The notes below the pieces were generated by a model. That model was not told the origin of the DNA. It saw only the letters and a program-made list of their open reading frames with translations, and made no database searches. Below, in pieces: positions 1 to 12,700 of a stretch of 64,000 bases of DNA; position 1 is the stretch's first letter, and every line of letters starts with the position of its first letter. Location: positions 316,479 to 380,478 of the forward strand of contig CAJINV010000018.1 of NCBI GenBank assembly GCA_905178155.1. Direction: 5' to 3'. Source of the stretch: Amoebophrya sp. A120. Lineage: Eukaryota > Protista > Dinoflagellata. The position numbers were made by a program, and so were the translations under genes.

Positions 1-174
1 AGAGTCCAAGTTTTGCTACACGGAAAGAGCATTTATCATGCGGTATAGGCATCAGGAAGCCCTCACAAAATCTGTGATGCTAGGGCCTGCATCACAGACA
101 TTAGGAGGCATGCAAAGAAAATGTGCATTACAAACCTGGCAATCTTCCAAACCCAGACATTTTTACAATTGATA
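1..174. mobile_element. Introner family A (partial)
   Basis: Ends ...CCCAGACATTTTTACAATTGATA. Confidence 0.8.
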
Positions 175-763
175 GTGGGTGTTATGGAAGGAGCCTTCGC
201 GATCGGAATTCCGGAGCATCTGATCCGTTCCGTCGTTATCATTCGTGAAAAGTCCCCACGGTTTTGCTTTTTGATACGCAACGGACTCCACATGTTCTTC
301 GTACTCTTCCTGAATGAACGACTTCTCCCGCTTCACTCCGAGATTCAAATGGTGGTCCGGCACTGCTTCCGCCCCCAAGGACATTCCCAGGTCGTCTCCG
401 AACCCGAGCAGTTTCCGCATCTTAGTTGCGAACCGGAACATCAGCTCGGACTCTGTGTCCTCCGCTTTATGCAATTGCGACAATTCGTGCTCCGAAATCT
501 GCACAGAGAACTGCAGCCAGAGAACTCTGTAGTCCCTCTCCTGCTTCATTTGGTCAAGTTTCTCTCGTTCATCATCATCCATTTGCGACGGACCTTTCGC
601 GATTGATGTCGGAAGATGACTCGGGGCGGCAGAAGATGGGGCATGAGTATCAGCTTGTTGCGCCGCTTTATCAGGGACTGCAGTAGAGCTGCCGAACAAG
701 CTCCCGGACAGACCCGCAAAGACGGAACTAGATTTCGCTCCACTGCTCGCGGAAAGATTTTCA
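175..763 (-). CDS. Exon of giant gene
   Basis: Open frame (ORF 163..699 extended upstream); in frame with the next exon after introner removal. Confidence 0.8.
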
Positions 764-3700
764 TATCAAAAGGAAAAAACCCCCCTCCCCATATCGAAAA
801 GGAAATCTGTGATGCTGGGTGTGCATACACAAATCAGATTTGTCTTGCAGTAGAGGACTGCGCGCAGATTGCCAGCCTAGATAGGGGCCTTTTGGTGTAA
901 GCGCCTCGCATGGTAGACGGCTGTCCTGTAGTCCTTACAACATCACAAATCGCCAGCATAGCGTGGCAGAGAGCCTGGATTTGCCTTCTCGCAAGACAGA
1001 CAAGATTTGTGGCCACAAATCTGCATCACAAATTTTCAGAAGATACGTTTTCAACAATATGGGGAGGGGGGATTTTTCTTTTTGATATTTCAGGTTCTTT
1101 CCTTTTACTTTCGATCTTCAGCAGTTCTGTGTTTCTCAGCTCGGACTTTGCGTTCAACCCCAACTGCCCGTCAGACACCGTCCCGGTTGGGCTTGTCCCT
1201 TTGATACCCCACATTTGCCGGAACTGCTCGTAGACGAAGCTTATCAAATGCAAATATGTCTGGGTCTGGAAGAGTGTAAACTTGTCATGCAGAGGTTCCA
1301 TGATCCATGAGGTCTGGAATGCGGGACTTAGCATGAGAGACTCTGCGAGGTCTCTGCCATGCCTATCCTGCATGAGAAAGTCCCTCCCAACTTGGTCGAA
1401 AGTGGATAGCTTTCGGCACTCATGCAACACAGATTCTTGTATGCTTCAGATTTACCATGACAAGTTACCACCTTCCAGACCCAGACATATTTGCAATTCA
1501 TAAAGCTGAACACCTCGGAGTTCGACTTGAAATCTCTTTCCGGGTCCGCTTTCTCTGATATAACAGTGCACAAATCCCCCTCCCCCTCATTTGTATAGCA
1601 TGAACGGCAGTACAAGCATCAGCAAGACTGCCGGTTTTGCATGACAAATTTCCACTAGATTATACATAGTGCTATTTTGGCCACCAGAACTTGTCATGCC
1701 AACGGTGCCAAGAGGCATAGGGTGGATTTGGTATTTTGCATGACAAATGAGGGGGAGGGGGAGTTGTGCACTCTCATATCTGAGCCTTTTTTCAACGCGG
1801 TCAGACCTTGATCCAGGGTTTCCTCGTAGTCGCGCCGGTCCGGGGACTCCTCCCATTTCAGGTCGGTCAAGGAGACTTATCAAATGTAAAAATGTCTGGG
1901 TCTGGAAGAATGCAAGATTTGTGATGCAGTTTTTCCATGACCCATGAGGCCTGGAATGCAGCACCTAGCATGACAAACGCTGTGAGGTGTCTATCATGCC
2001 TATCCTGCATGAGAAACTCCCTGTGAAACTAATCAAAAGTGGACATCTTTTGGTAATCATGCAACACAAATTTTTCATGCTTCAGATTCAGCATCACAAG
2101 TTGCATTCTTCCAGACCCAGACATTTTTACATTTGATAAGACTTTTAGACTGTTATCCGATAACAGACCGCGCCACCTCTTGTCTTCATCTTCATCCAGG
2201 CCGTCCTCGTCGCCCTCCTCTTTCTCCTTGCTTTCAAAAACGGCAAGCTGGTCACCGCCGGGCCCAGTTGCGTGTGGGCCATATGAAGATTCGACATACA
2301 TCGAGCCCAGGTCCGTGCCGACCACGTTCTGGGCCTCCATCAAATCCATGTACTGGTCGGCCTCCGAATCATCAGAGTCTGACGCGGTGCTGGAACCCGC
2401 ACTGCCGCGTCCATATCTCGCGCCGCCGCCGGTGAAGCTGCTGAAGATGCCGATGCCGTGCGGCTTTCCCTTCGTTTTCTCCAGCTTCCGCGACGTTTTC
2501 TGCCAGAACAGGATCTCAGTTTTGAAGGCTTCTTCGAGGTGTTTTTTCAGCGGATGCCCGCTGCTGGACTCCCCGCTTTGGTACTGGTAGAGCAGATTCG
2601 CCTTGAAGTCCTGGTAAAATTGTTTCACCTGCAGTCGGCGGTCCTCCTCCTCAACCTTCTCCTTTTGGCCGTTCGCGCCGTGCTTCACGGATTTCGGCAG
2701 ATGCTATGAAATGCAAAAATGTCTGGGTCTGGAAACTTGTGATGCAAGTCAGTCAATAACAAATGCACTGTAATGCGCCGCCAAGCATGACAAGTTGCTT
2801 CGTGCTTCTGTGCTGCGTATTCCGCATGAGAAACTGCGTTTTTGCATGACAGGCGAGAGAGGCTGTTTGTGGCCACGCAATACAGATTTAAGGGCCATGC
2901 CAGATCAGCATGACAAACCTCGCAATCTTCCAGACCCAGACATTTTTGCAATTTATAGATGCAAGTCCAGGTCGATTTCCAACGCGAGGTCAAAGACCAT
3001 CGGCTTCAGCACCATTTCTCGGACCACGACGGCTTTATTCAAAGGCTGCTCAAACGGGCCCAAAAACCGCTCCGGGTGCTCACTGGCACTGCCATCCCCG
3101 CTATGACAGTGCACAACTCCCCCTCCCCCTCATTTGTATGGCATGAACAGCATTACAACCACCAGCACACGTAGGGCCTGCGCATGACAAGTTCACGCGC
3201 ATAGTGAAGTACTGTTTGGGCTTCCGGAATTTGTCATGCAAACAGTGCCACAGGGTGGCGCTTGGATTTGGGATTTTGCATCACAAATGAGGGGGAGGGG
3301 GAGTTCTGCACTATCATAACCGGCCGTCGATCGTTTCCACGGATGCGCCGCGTTCTGTGAGAAAAAGATGGGCTGCTTGAACACACTTATCCAGTGCAAA
3401 CATGTCTGGGTCTAGGAACTTGTGATGCAAGGGAGGGAATTATAGGGAGCGCAGGGCAGCGTAATGCGCTTCCAAGCATGACAGGTTTTTCCATTCTGAG
3501 TTGCGTACTCCGCATGAGAAACTGCGTTTTTGCATGACAGGCAAGAGGAGCTCGTCTTTGTGGCCACGCAATACAGAGCTCAGAGTCATGCCAGGCTAGC
3601 ATGTCAAATCTCGCAACCTTCCAGACCCAGACATATTTGCAATGCATAACGCTGTGCCAGCCCGCTTGCTTCCAGTTGCCCTTTCCCGTCGGCTTGAACG

Positions 3701-6700
3701 CGTAGAGCAGCTCCTGCACTTTCCGCAGCGCGCCGGCCCCGGAGGTGAACAAATTGGCGGACTGGAGGTACTTATCCTGTGCAAAAGTATCGCACTCGTA
3801 GTAATCGCAGTCACGCATGACAAATCTTTTTCATAAGGTAAATCCGCATTACAAATTTTCTTTCTCATGCTAAGCAAATTTGTCATGCGATTTATACTAG
3901 TACGCTGCTTGTTTTGCATTTCATAGTACTGGGAGGCACGGTACGTGACCGACTTGGAGAGCTCGGCGTTCTCCGCGTTGCCACTGTTGTTGCCACCAGG
4001 ATCGCCTCCCCCTCCCGAGCCGCTACCACTCGATCCGGGTTGGAATAACCCCGCGGTTTTCATTTTTTCCGCGTCTTTGGGATCCGGAAAGAGTTCCTCC
4101 TTGTCCCGCTTCACCTGGGCATACTTTTCTTTATCCGCTTCGAACTGGGCTTGCGTAATCTCCCCTCTTTCCAACTTGGCCCCGAGCTTATCCGGGTGGA
4201 AGTCTCTGCTGTAGAGGCGGAACGCTCGCCCGATATCCGAGGGCGTGACGTACTGCAGGTGACTCGCTTTCCTCACATATCCTGAGCAAAAACGTCCCCA
4301 CACCAGAGTCAAGATGGGAAACCTGCTAGACAAATCACACAGCTTTGGTTGTTTGGCATGACAAGTTTGCCCTCGTAGTGTGGTCCTGTTTAGCTAGCTC
4401 AGATGCATAGCTTTGCACAGACCTAGCATAGCATGCTGATCCTAGCATCACAAATCCCAAAACACGACTAGAGAATGCTTCTCATGGGGCTCCGTATGAG
4501 AAAGCTTTTTGGCATGCAGAATTGCATGGCAACTCTGGGGTGTGGGGACGTTTTTACACGGGATATCACAAACTGCCGCTTCTTTGGGTCGCCATTGGCA
4601 CCGGGAGGATCGAACGTGACATTCAGATATTTGTCTCCCATTAACGTCTATCAAATGCAAATATTTGTTCATCTGGGTCCGGATGATTACAGGACCACTT
4701 GTCATGCGGGTTTTCTATAGCCAATGAGGTCTGGAATGCAGGCTCTCAATAGCCCATGACAAGATGCTCCTTATCATGCCTCTCCTGCATGAGAAATCCC
4801 TCTCATCAATCTGGTCAAAAGTGCTGGATAGCTTTTGGCAATCATGCAACACAGATTTTTTGCATGGTTCAGATTTACCATGACAAGTTCCAGTGTTCCA
4901 GACCCAGACAACACAGTTGCAATGCATAACGTCAACATTTTCGTCGAGTCATGCGTCTGCTGGTCCATGGCGCCCCACCACGGGACAAAAGTGTCGGAGC
5001 CATATCCTGTGTAAAAACGTCCCCACCCCATAGTCAAGTTGGGAACTTAGCAACACAAATCCAGAAGTTTTGGGAGCCACGCATGACAAGTTCGTCTTTG
5101 TAGTGTAGTGCAGGTTAGCAAGGACAGTCGCATCACAAACCCATCTCCTCATCCTGTTTGCAGCATTACAAATGCCAAAACACGATTGGAAATGCCTCTC
5201 ATGTAGATGCGCATTACAAATGTTCCTGTCATTGCAAATCTGCATGACAACTCTGGGGTGGGGACGTTTTCGCTCAGGATAAACCAAACGTCTGACTCAT
5301 CGGCTTTTGCATTGGCGTTTCGTTTCGCCTGCGGCTCGCTTCCGAGGCGTTATTGTCTCTCGGAACACATTCGACCCCAGCGATCTGGCCCGGGCCCTTC
5401 GGGGCGGTGAGCGATTCGTTCGCGAGGAGGGTGGTGCATTGGGAGACCTGTAGTTGACAATTTTGTGGCGTTGGAGATGTTGTTGGAGATAGAATACAAT
5501 TCTCTACTTCTCTGCTGCATGCGAATAATTTACTAACTTATTCGCGAAGCTGCATTGTACCTAATTTTTTGTCATCATGCCAGTTGTACTGCTGCGCTCT
5601 CTTGATCTTGAAACGGTGTATTTGCTCAAACTGCTCTTCAAACAAGAGAATCCGTTAATATCGATTTATATCAAATGTAAAAGTGTCAGTGTCTGGGTCT
5701 GGATCTGGAAGAGTCTTGCTGTTTTTGCATGACACACAAGGCCTGGAATGGAAGCTCTAGCATCACAGGTCTCGAGAAGCTTCCGCAATGCCGAATCCGC
5801 ATGACAAATCTGCCACTTTGGTGACAGAAAGTGAGCAGCTTTTGCTACCTATGCATGAGAGATTTTTCTGTGTTCTGAAATGCGCATCACAAGTTTGTCT
5901 TCTTCCAGACCCAGACATATTTGCAATGCATAATTTACACAATACTCTTTTCTACCTTCTCCACATATTCTCTTTCCCGCTTATTCAGTTCCGGCAGGCC
6001 GAACCCGAGATCTTTTTCCATGTCCTCCGGCGCGGTTTCCGTTACCAGCCTATCAAAATGAAAAGTCCCCCCTTCCCATATCAAAACGGAAATCTGTGAT
6101 GCGGGATGTGTGTACGCAAATCACATTTGTCTTGCAGGAAAGCACTGCACGCAAATGGCAAGCCTAAGGGGGGGCCTTTTGGTGTAGGGGCCTAGCATGG
6201 CAGACGTCTGCCCTGTAGGCCTTGCAGCATTACAAACCGCCTGCATATCGGGGCCGACTCTCTGGAGTTGCCTTCTGTCAAGACAGACAGAATTCGTGGC
6301 CACAAATCTGCATCACAAATTTTCGGAAGGACATGTTTTCAGTATAGGGAGGGGGGATTTTTCCTTGCAATACAGCCGCATGTCCTGCTCGACATCTAAA
6401 TTCAATTCCGCAGCCACTTCCAAGTGCACTTCCAACTGCAACTGCACCTCCGCGTCCGCATCTTCCGTGCCCGACTTCTGCTCCCCAGAGCTAGCTGCCA
6501 CCACCGTGCTCGGCAGAGCACGGAAGGACTCAGTGGCGTAGATCGATGCGCGCTTCACCACTTGCTCCAGCGCTTTTTGCAACGAGTTTCTCAACTCCAG
6601 GGGGATCATCGTGGTGAATCGCCAATTCACTTCCTTCATGATCCGAAAAGCGAATCGGTCGATCATCAAAACCGGGTCAATCCGGTCCTGCACCTGCGCC

Positions 6701-9700
6701 ATCTGCTTCCAGAGATTCCCATCTTCCAACGTCAACAGCAAGTCCCTGCACGCGTTGTGGAAGGACTGCGCCGCGAATATCAAAGTGAAAAATTCCCCCG
6801 CCCCTTACTCAAACTAGAAACTTGTGATGCAGATTTGTGGCCACAAATCAGCTTTGCCATGCTAGAAGGGAAAAGATGCGGACTGTAGTGCTGGGTGGCG
6901 TGGGGAAGCCTTGCATCTTTAGCATGACAGGAAGCAACTCGAAGTGGGAAACAGCATGACAAATTGCCTGCAAACGAGGCCACAACTGCGGCTCTTGGCC
7001 TTCGAGCATTACAAGTCGATTTGTGTACTCAAATCCAGCATCAGAAATTTCGTTTTGATATGGGGAGGGGGGATTTTTCCTTTTGATAGCGAACGACTCC
7101 TCCTGGTGGGCTGTCAACTCCTTGCTGCCCAGCCTCGCGTCCTCCGGGACGTACAGGCGGAGGTTCTCCGTCGGCACGTAATGCCGCCGCTTGCTTCCAT
7201 ACCGGAGAGCCGAATAAACGTTCATGACTCGATTCACCACCTTCCCGGCTGCGCTCGCCGTGGCTGACCAGAGCCGGTTCCTGATCCTGCGCGGCCCACT
7301 AGCAGTTGCACTATCATCTCCATCTTCGCTCTGCTTGGTCTCGCATCCGTTGCAGGCCTTGAGCATTTCGACCAAATACCGCAGTTATCAAATGCAAAAG
7401 TGTCTGGGTCTGGAAGGATGCAAGCTTGTCATGCAGCTTTTCCATGACCCACGAGGTCTGGAATGCAGAACCTAGCATGACAGATTCTGTGCGATCTCTA
7501 TCGTGCCTATCCTGCATGAGAAACTCCCTCCCGACTTGGTCAAGACTGGACGACTTGTGGTAATCATGCAACACAGATTTTTGCATGATTCAGATTTAGC
7601 ATGACAAACTTGCATTCTTCCAGACCCAGACATATTTGCAGTTGATATCGGTCCCCAGCTGTTTTCCTCCTGAACAAACGGGTCGTGCTCGTACTTGATC
7701 ACTTTCGCCAACTGCCCGTTGCAGTATGAGAGTGCACAACTCCCCCTCCCCCTTATTTGTTGTATTGCATGCCCAGCAATACAAACACCAGCACAAGAGG
7801 AGCTTGTACATGACAAGTTGATGCGCCTAGTGTAAGTAGTACTGTTTGGGTTTCCGGAATCTGTCATGCAAACAGTGCCACAGGGAAGCACTTGGATTTG
7901 GGGTTTTGCATGACAAATGAAGGGGAGGGTGAGCTGTGCACTCTCATATGCAATACTTGCTGTTCTCCCGGGTTAAGTTTTCCAACACCACATATCAAAG
8001 TGAAAAATCCCCCCTCCCCATATTGAACGGGAAACTTCTGTTGCTGGATTTGTGTACACACATCAGCCCTGTCTTGCTGTGAGGCACTACAGGCAAAGCT
8101 CTAGCCTGCGTATGGGGTGTTTTGTTGTAGGCGCTTAGCAAAGCAGAGGCCTGCCATGTTGGTGAAACAGCATCACAAACCGCCTCCATAAGGCGGCGGA
8201 TTCTTTGGATTTGCCGTCTTGCAAGAGAGACAGGATTTGTGGTCACAAATCAGCATCACAAATTTTTAGGAACATACCTTTTCAATATGGGGAGGGGGGA
8301 TTTTTCCTCACAGTACCACAATATCGCCGGGAGCGAACTTGGTCTGTGGGTAGTCTAACGTTTTGTCCACGAGAATGAAGTATGAACTGCAAAAGTATCG
8401 CACTCGTATAAAAAATGCATCACAAATTTCCTCAGCATGACAAATAAACTTTGTAATGCTGATTAAGGTTAAGAAAAAGATCTATAATGCATGATTGCAA
8501 TACGAGTACGATACTTCTGCACCGGATATGAAGTCGGAACTCTTCCTCGCGATGGTCGTCGGACCGGGAACGTTCCGCTGATCCAGCACGTTTACCGGGT
8601 TACCGCTCGGATTGTACGGCTCCGCCACGCGTTCCAACCTGTACTTGAGCAGCGGCGACTCGTCGAACCGATTCGCCGACAAATTTGGCCTCTCGACGGA
8701 GTGAATCTTCAACAACTGACCCACTGCGTACCGCATGTTCGGATCGTCTGTCCTCTGCTCGTATGGATTGCAAATATGTCTGGGTCTGGAAGATTCTGAC
8801 ACTTGTCATGCACGTGTTGCATGAGCCCTGACGTCTGTGATGCATGCCCTAGCATCACAGATTTTTTGAGAGCTTCTTGATGCCTATTCCGCATTACAAA
8901 TTCCCTCTCCGCGTAGCAAAAGGAGCACTCCCTTTGCTACTTCTGCAATGCAAATGTTTTTGGAATCCAAATGCAGCATCACAAGTTGCATTCTTCCAGA
9001 CCCAGACATTTTTACAGATGGTAGCTCGTGGTAGAAGCTTTTTCGCAGTCGGACGTAGTGGCCCGGATTGAATTCCGGGAATGTTGTCCATCTCGAGGGC
9101 TTATCGAATGCAAATATGTCTGCGTCTGGAAACTTGTAATGTCTAGTCGTGATATGCACTGCAAAAGTATCGTACTCGTATATATAAATGCATCACAAAT
9201 TTCCTCAGCATGAGAAATAAAATTTGTAATGCGGATTTGACTTAACAAAAAGATTTGTAATGCATGACTGCAATACGAGTACGATACTTTTGCACAGGAT
9301 ACGTGAGGATGAGGAAAGGATGCCCTGCAATGCACAGCCAAGCATGAGAAATATTTGCGTGGATTAGTGTTGCGCGTCCCGAGTCACAAACTGCGTTTTT
9401 GCATGACAAGAGAAAGGGTCTCTTCTTGGACACGCATCACAAACTCTTCAGTCATGCAAGACTAGCATGATATTAAATCTCGCATTGTTCCAGACCCAGA
9501 CGTATTTGCGATGCATAGGGCTCCTCTAGCGTCTTTTTCACCTGCTGCCCATTCCCCACACAGCTGCCGTCGGCGACTTTAAAGACGCTGTGCTCGTTGC
9601 AACTCATATTATACTCCATTTCCGGGAGAACATCCGGGATGAAAACGAAACTGGGATTAGTATTCTTGTTGGATTGCGGTGGCATGATCCGGTACAACAT

Positions 9701-12700
9701 TTGGGGGGGCTCTTTGGCTGTTCCTTCGCTCTTTTCCTTCTTCATCTTCCTCACTTTGCTCGCGTCGACTTGTCGCCACGCTGCTGGGAATTCGAGGTTC
9801 TCCGGGTGGACAGAGAAGTGCGTGTCCTGATAGGGTCCGTCCGCCGGGACGACCAATTTCACCTGCACTATGCAAGAAAAAAACTATGTGAGTGTAAGTC
9901 TGTAATGCAGAAAATGCAAAATTGTTACACTTGTCATGCTGGATGTGCGTCGTAGGCTATCATCATCCGTGTTTTCACGTACTAGCTGCGCATGGCAGGT
10001 TTTCCCTGTAACGCAAAACAAATTTGCGATGCTGCTCTGCCTACAAAGGTACATTTACACAGTTTTTTTCTTGCATATGCACCTGGTTGAAGTTATTTCC
10101 AGTCTCCTCCTCCACAACAAATTTGAACTTGTCCCATTTCGTCCGGGAGATGGATTTTAAAATCACCAATTTTCCATCCAGCTCTTCTTTCGTATGGCGT
10201 TCTCAAATGTTACATTCTCATCTGTTACACGATTTGTAATGCAAGAATGGCAAAAGTGAAAGGAAGGGCCTTGCGCGTCTTGCATGACAGATTTGGCACA
10301 GATTCCCAGCCTGTTTGGCCGTCTGAGCATTTGTCATGCAAAGCAGCTTGATGGCGTTGATAGTCAAGGCAATTTTGCATGACAAATCATGTAACAGTTG
10401 AGAATGTAACAGTTGAGAGCGCCATATTTCCCGGTGCCCCGCACCCGGCCGACGACAAACGCGTACCTCAAATGCGCGGCGTTGGCACCGCCACGCGCTC
10501 CCATGGGGCTGCTGGGGCTGGTCGCCCGCTGACCTGCGGCCGCAGCTGCGGCTCGCTTCTGTGTCACTCGAATGTCCTCGTCACGGACGGCTTTTGTGAT
10601 TCGGAAATCACCCCCGTCGAGTTTAATGCGGTACATAATTTTCCGCTTCTCGTTCCGCGGGTCTTCCACATCTATGAACTGCAAAAGTATCGCACTCGTA
10701 TAAATGCATTACAAATTCCCTCAGCATGAGAAATAAAATGTGTAATGCGGATTTGCCTTGAGAAAAAAATTTGTAATGCATGATTGCAATACGAGTACGA
10801 TACTTTTGCACAGGATAACATCGTTCGCTTCGATCACGCCCATCATATCCCCGGTTGTCTCTTATCAAATGTAAAAGTGTCTGGGTCTGGAAGAATGCAG
10901 CTTGTCATGCTAAATCTGAAGCATGCAAAAATCTGTGTTGCATGAGTACCAAAAGTCGTGCAGTTTTGACCAAATCGGGCGGGACTTTCTCATGCAGGAT
11001 AAGCATGAGAGAGTGAGAGGTCGCACAGAATCTGTCATGCTAGGTCCTGCATTCCAGACCTCATGGGTCATGCAAAAGCTGCATGACAAATCGCGCACTC
11101 TTCTTTTTACATTTGATATCTCTTTATCAGGCACGAAACCGCCATTGTACGCACCTGCCAAGCCACCGCCTTTGTTCTTTTTCTCCAGCCCAAATCTTTC
11201 CACGTTCAGAACCTTGACCCTAGTCTTCACCTCCAAGGCCTGTTCCTCATACGCTTCGCGGGTCACGTGCGGCACCTGCTCGTGCTCGCCGAAGGAGAGT
11301 TGAGTTTTCGCCAACTCTCTTGTTCTTTTACTGACCACGTGTTTCGGGTAATAACCGGATTTCAACACGATGTTTTGCGGTTTTACGTCGATTACGTTCT
11401 GCTCGTTGTCGAAAGCGCGGACCCAAATCTTTCCGTTGTCCTTCCTGTACAGAAGCTTCTCCTCCAGCTGCTGTTCTTCGTTCATTTTGTCCTGCCACAT
11501 ATTTCGATTCTCTGTCGTCGAATCTTCTGCAATCAACTTGTCCGCCCGGTGGTTCATTCCGGCCTGTGTCGATTTCGGCTTCCCGAGGATGACCAGCTTC
11601 GTTTTGAAAGACTCGTACATCACACAGAAAAAAGCTGGCCGGGCATATTTGTAGATGCAAAGATAAATACACAAAAAAATCTGCATTGCATATCCGAAGC
11701 AGCATGCTATGGGGCCGCCCATGGCAAATCTTTCTGCGTATTTATTTTTGCATTACAAATATGCCCTGCCAGCTTTTTTCTCTGGGATATCGTAGAGCTG
11801 CTGCAAATCGTTGTTCTCCGCGTTCGTCCGGCGATTCGACCGCCTGGGTTCCGGGAGCTCTCGCAACACCGCAATGTCACCGTATTTGAACTCGGTTTGC
11901 GGCGCCGCGCCGGAAATGAGGTCACCGGACGCACTGAAAACCGCGGAATTAAAGTTGAGCAAAGATCTCCAGTAGCGCAGCGCCCGCTTCACGGTGGACC
12001 GGATCTGCATCGTTAAGGCGTCCGCGTAGTCCTTACGCTCCGTGCCCTCCTGCACAGACCAGGCATGGGCCAACACGTCCTGCTTCTGCACCTTTCGCTG
12101 CCAGAAGTGGGGGATTTTACTCGTGCTGTAGAAGACGAACCGGGTTTGCGGGTCGGTGATGGGTAGTTCACCGTTTAGCCGCGATTTCAAACTTTCGTTG
12201 ACTTCCAGTTTCCCCAGCTCTTCTGTCGTTTTTCCAGTGACTCGGAACCCCGGGTTGCAGTCCACCTTGATACCGGGCCCGGGTGCGTGCGTGAGCGATA
12301 AGCCGTCCCGGCCGAAGGCAAGCTTCTTTACTTCCTTCACATTTGCTTGTCTCCAGCTATTTCGGTCCCCTTCTCGCTCCGTGAAAAACAAGCGGACACT
12401 GTCCAGATCTCCTTTTTTCTCGTAGTCCGCCTTGACCCGCATCGTTTCCGAGAGCAGGGCGCAAACCCTCCAGGTCTTCTTCATAATCTCCTCGTCGTCC
12501 TGCTCCAGCTCGTTCTTTTTGACCTTCTCCTGCAAGGCAGCATCGCCGTCCATCTCCAAGACGATGCCTTTTACCCTCTGTTTCTGTTCGGTTGGGTTGG
12601 CATGTGTCGCCTCAGGATTCACGGGCACGTCTATCAGAACTTTGTCGTGCGAATGCACCGGGTAGAACCAATTCCGGCGGAAGTTCAAGAACAGGTCCGC

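Noticed and set aside
5448-5560. Shorter 113-bp GT-AG intron using the donor at 5560
   Set aside because: The phase required by the acceptor puts TAG directly before this donor, and the upstream segment has stops in the other frames; the 5955 donor fits better.
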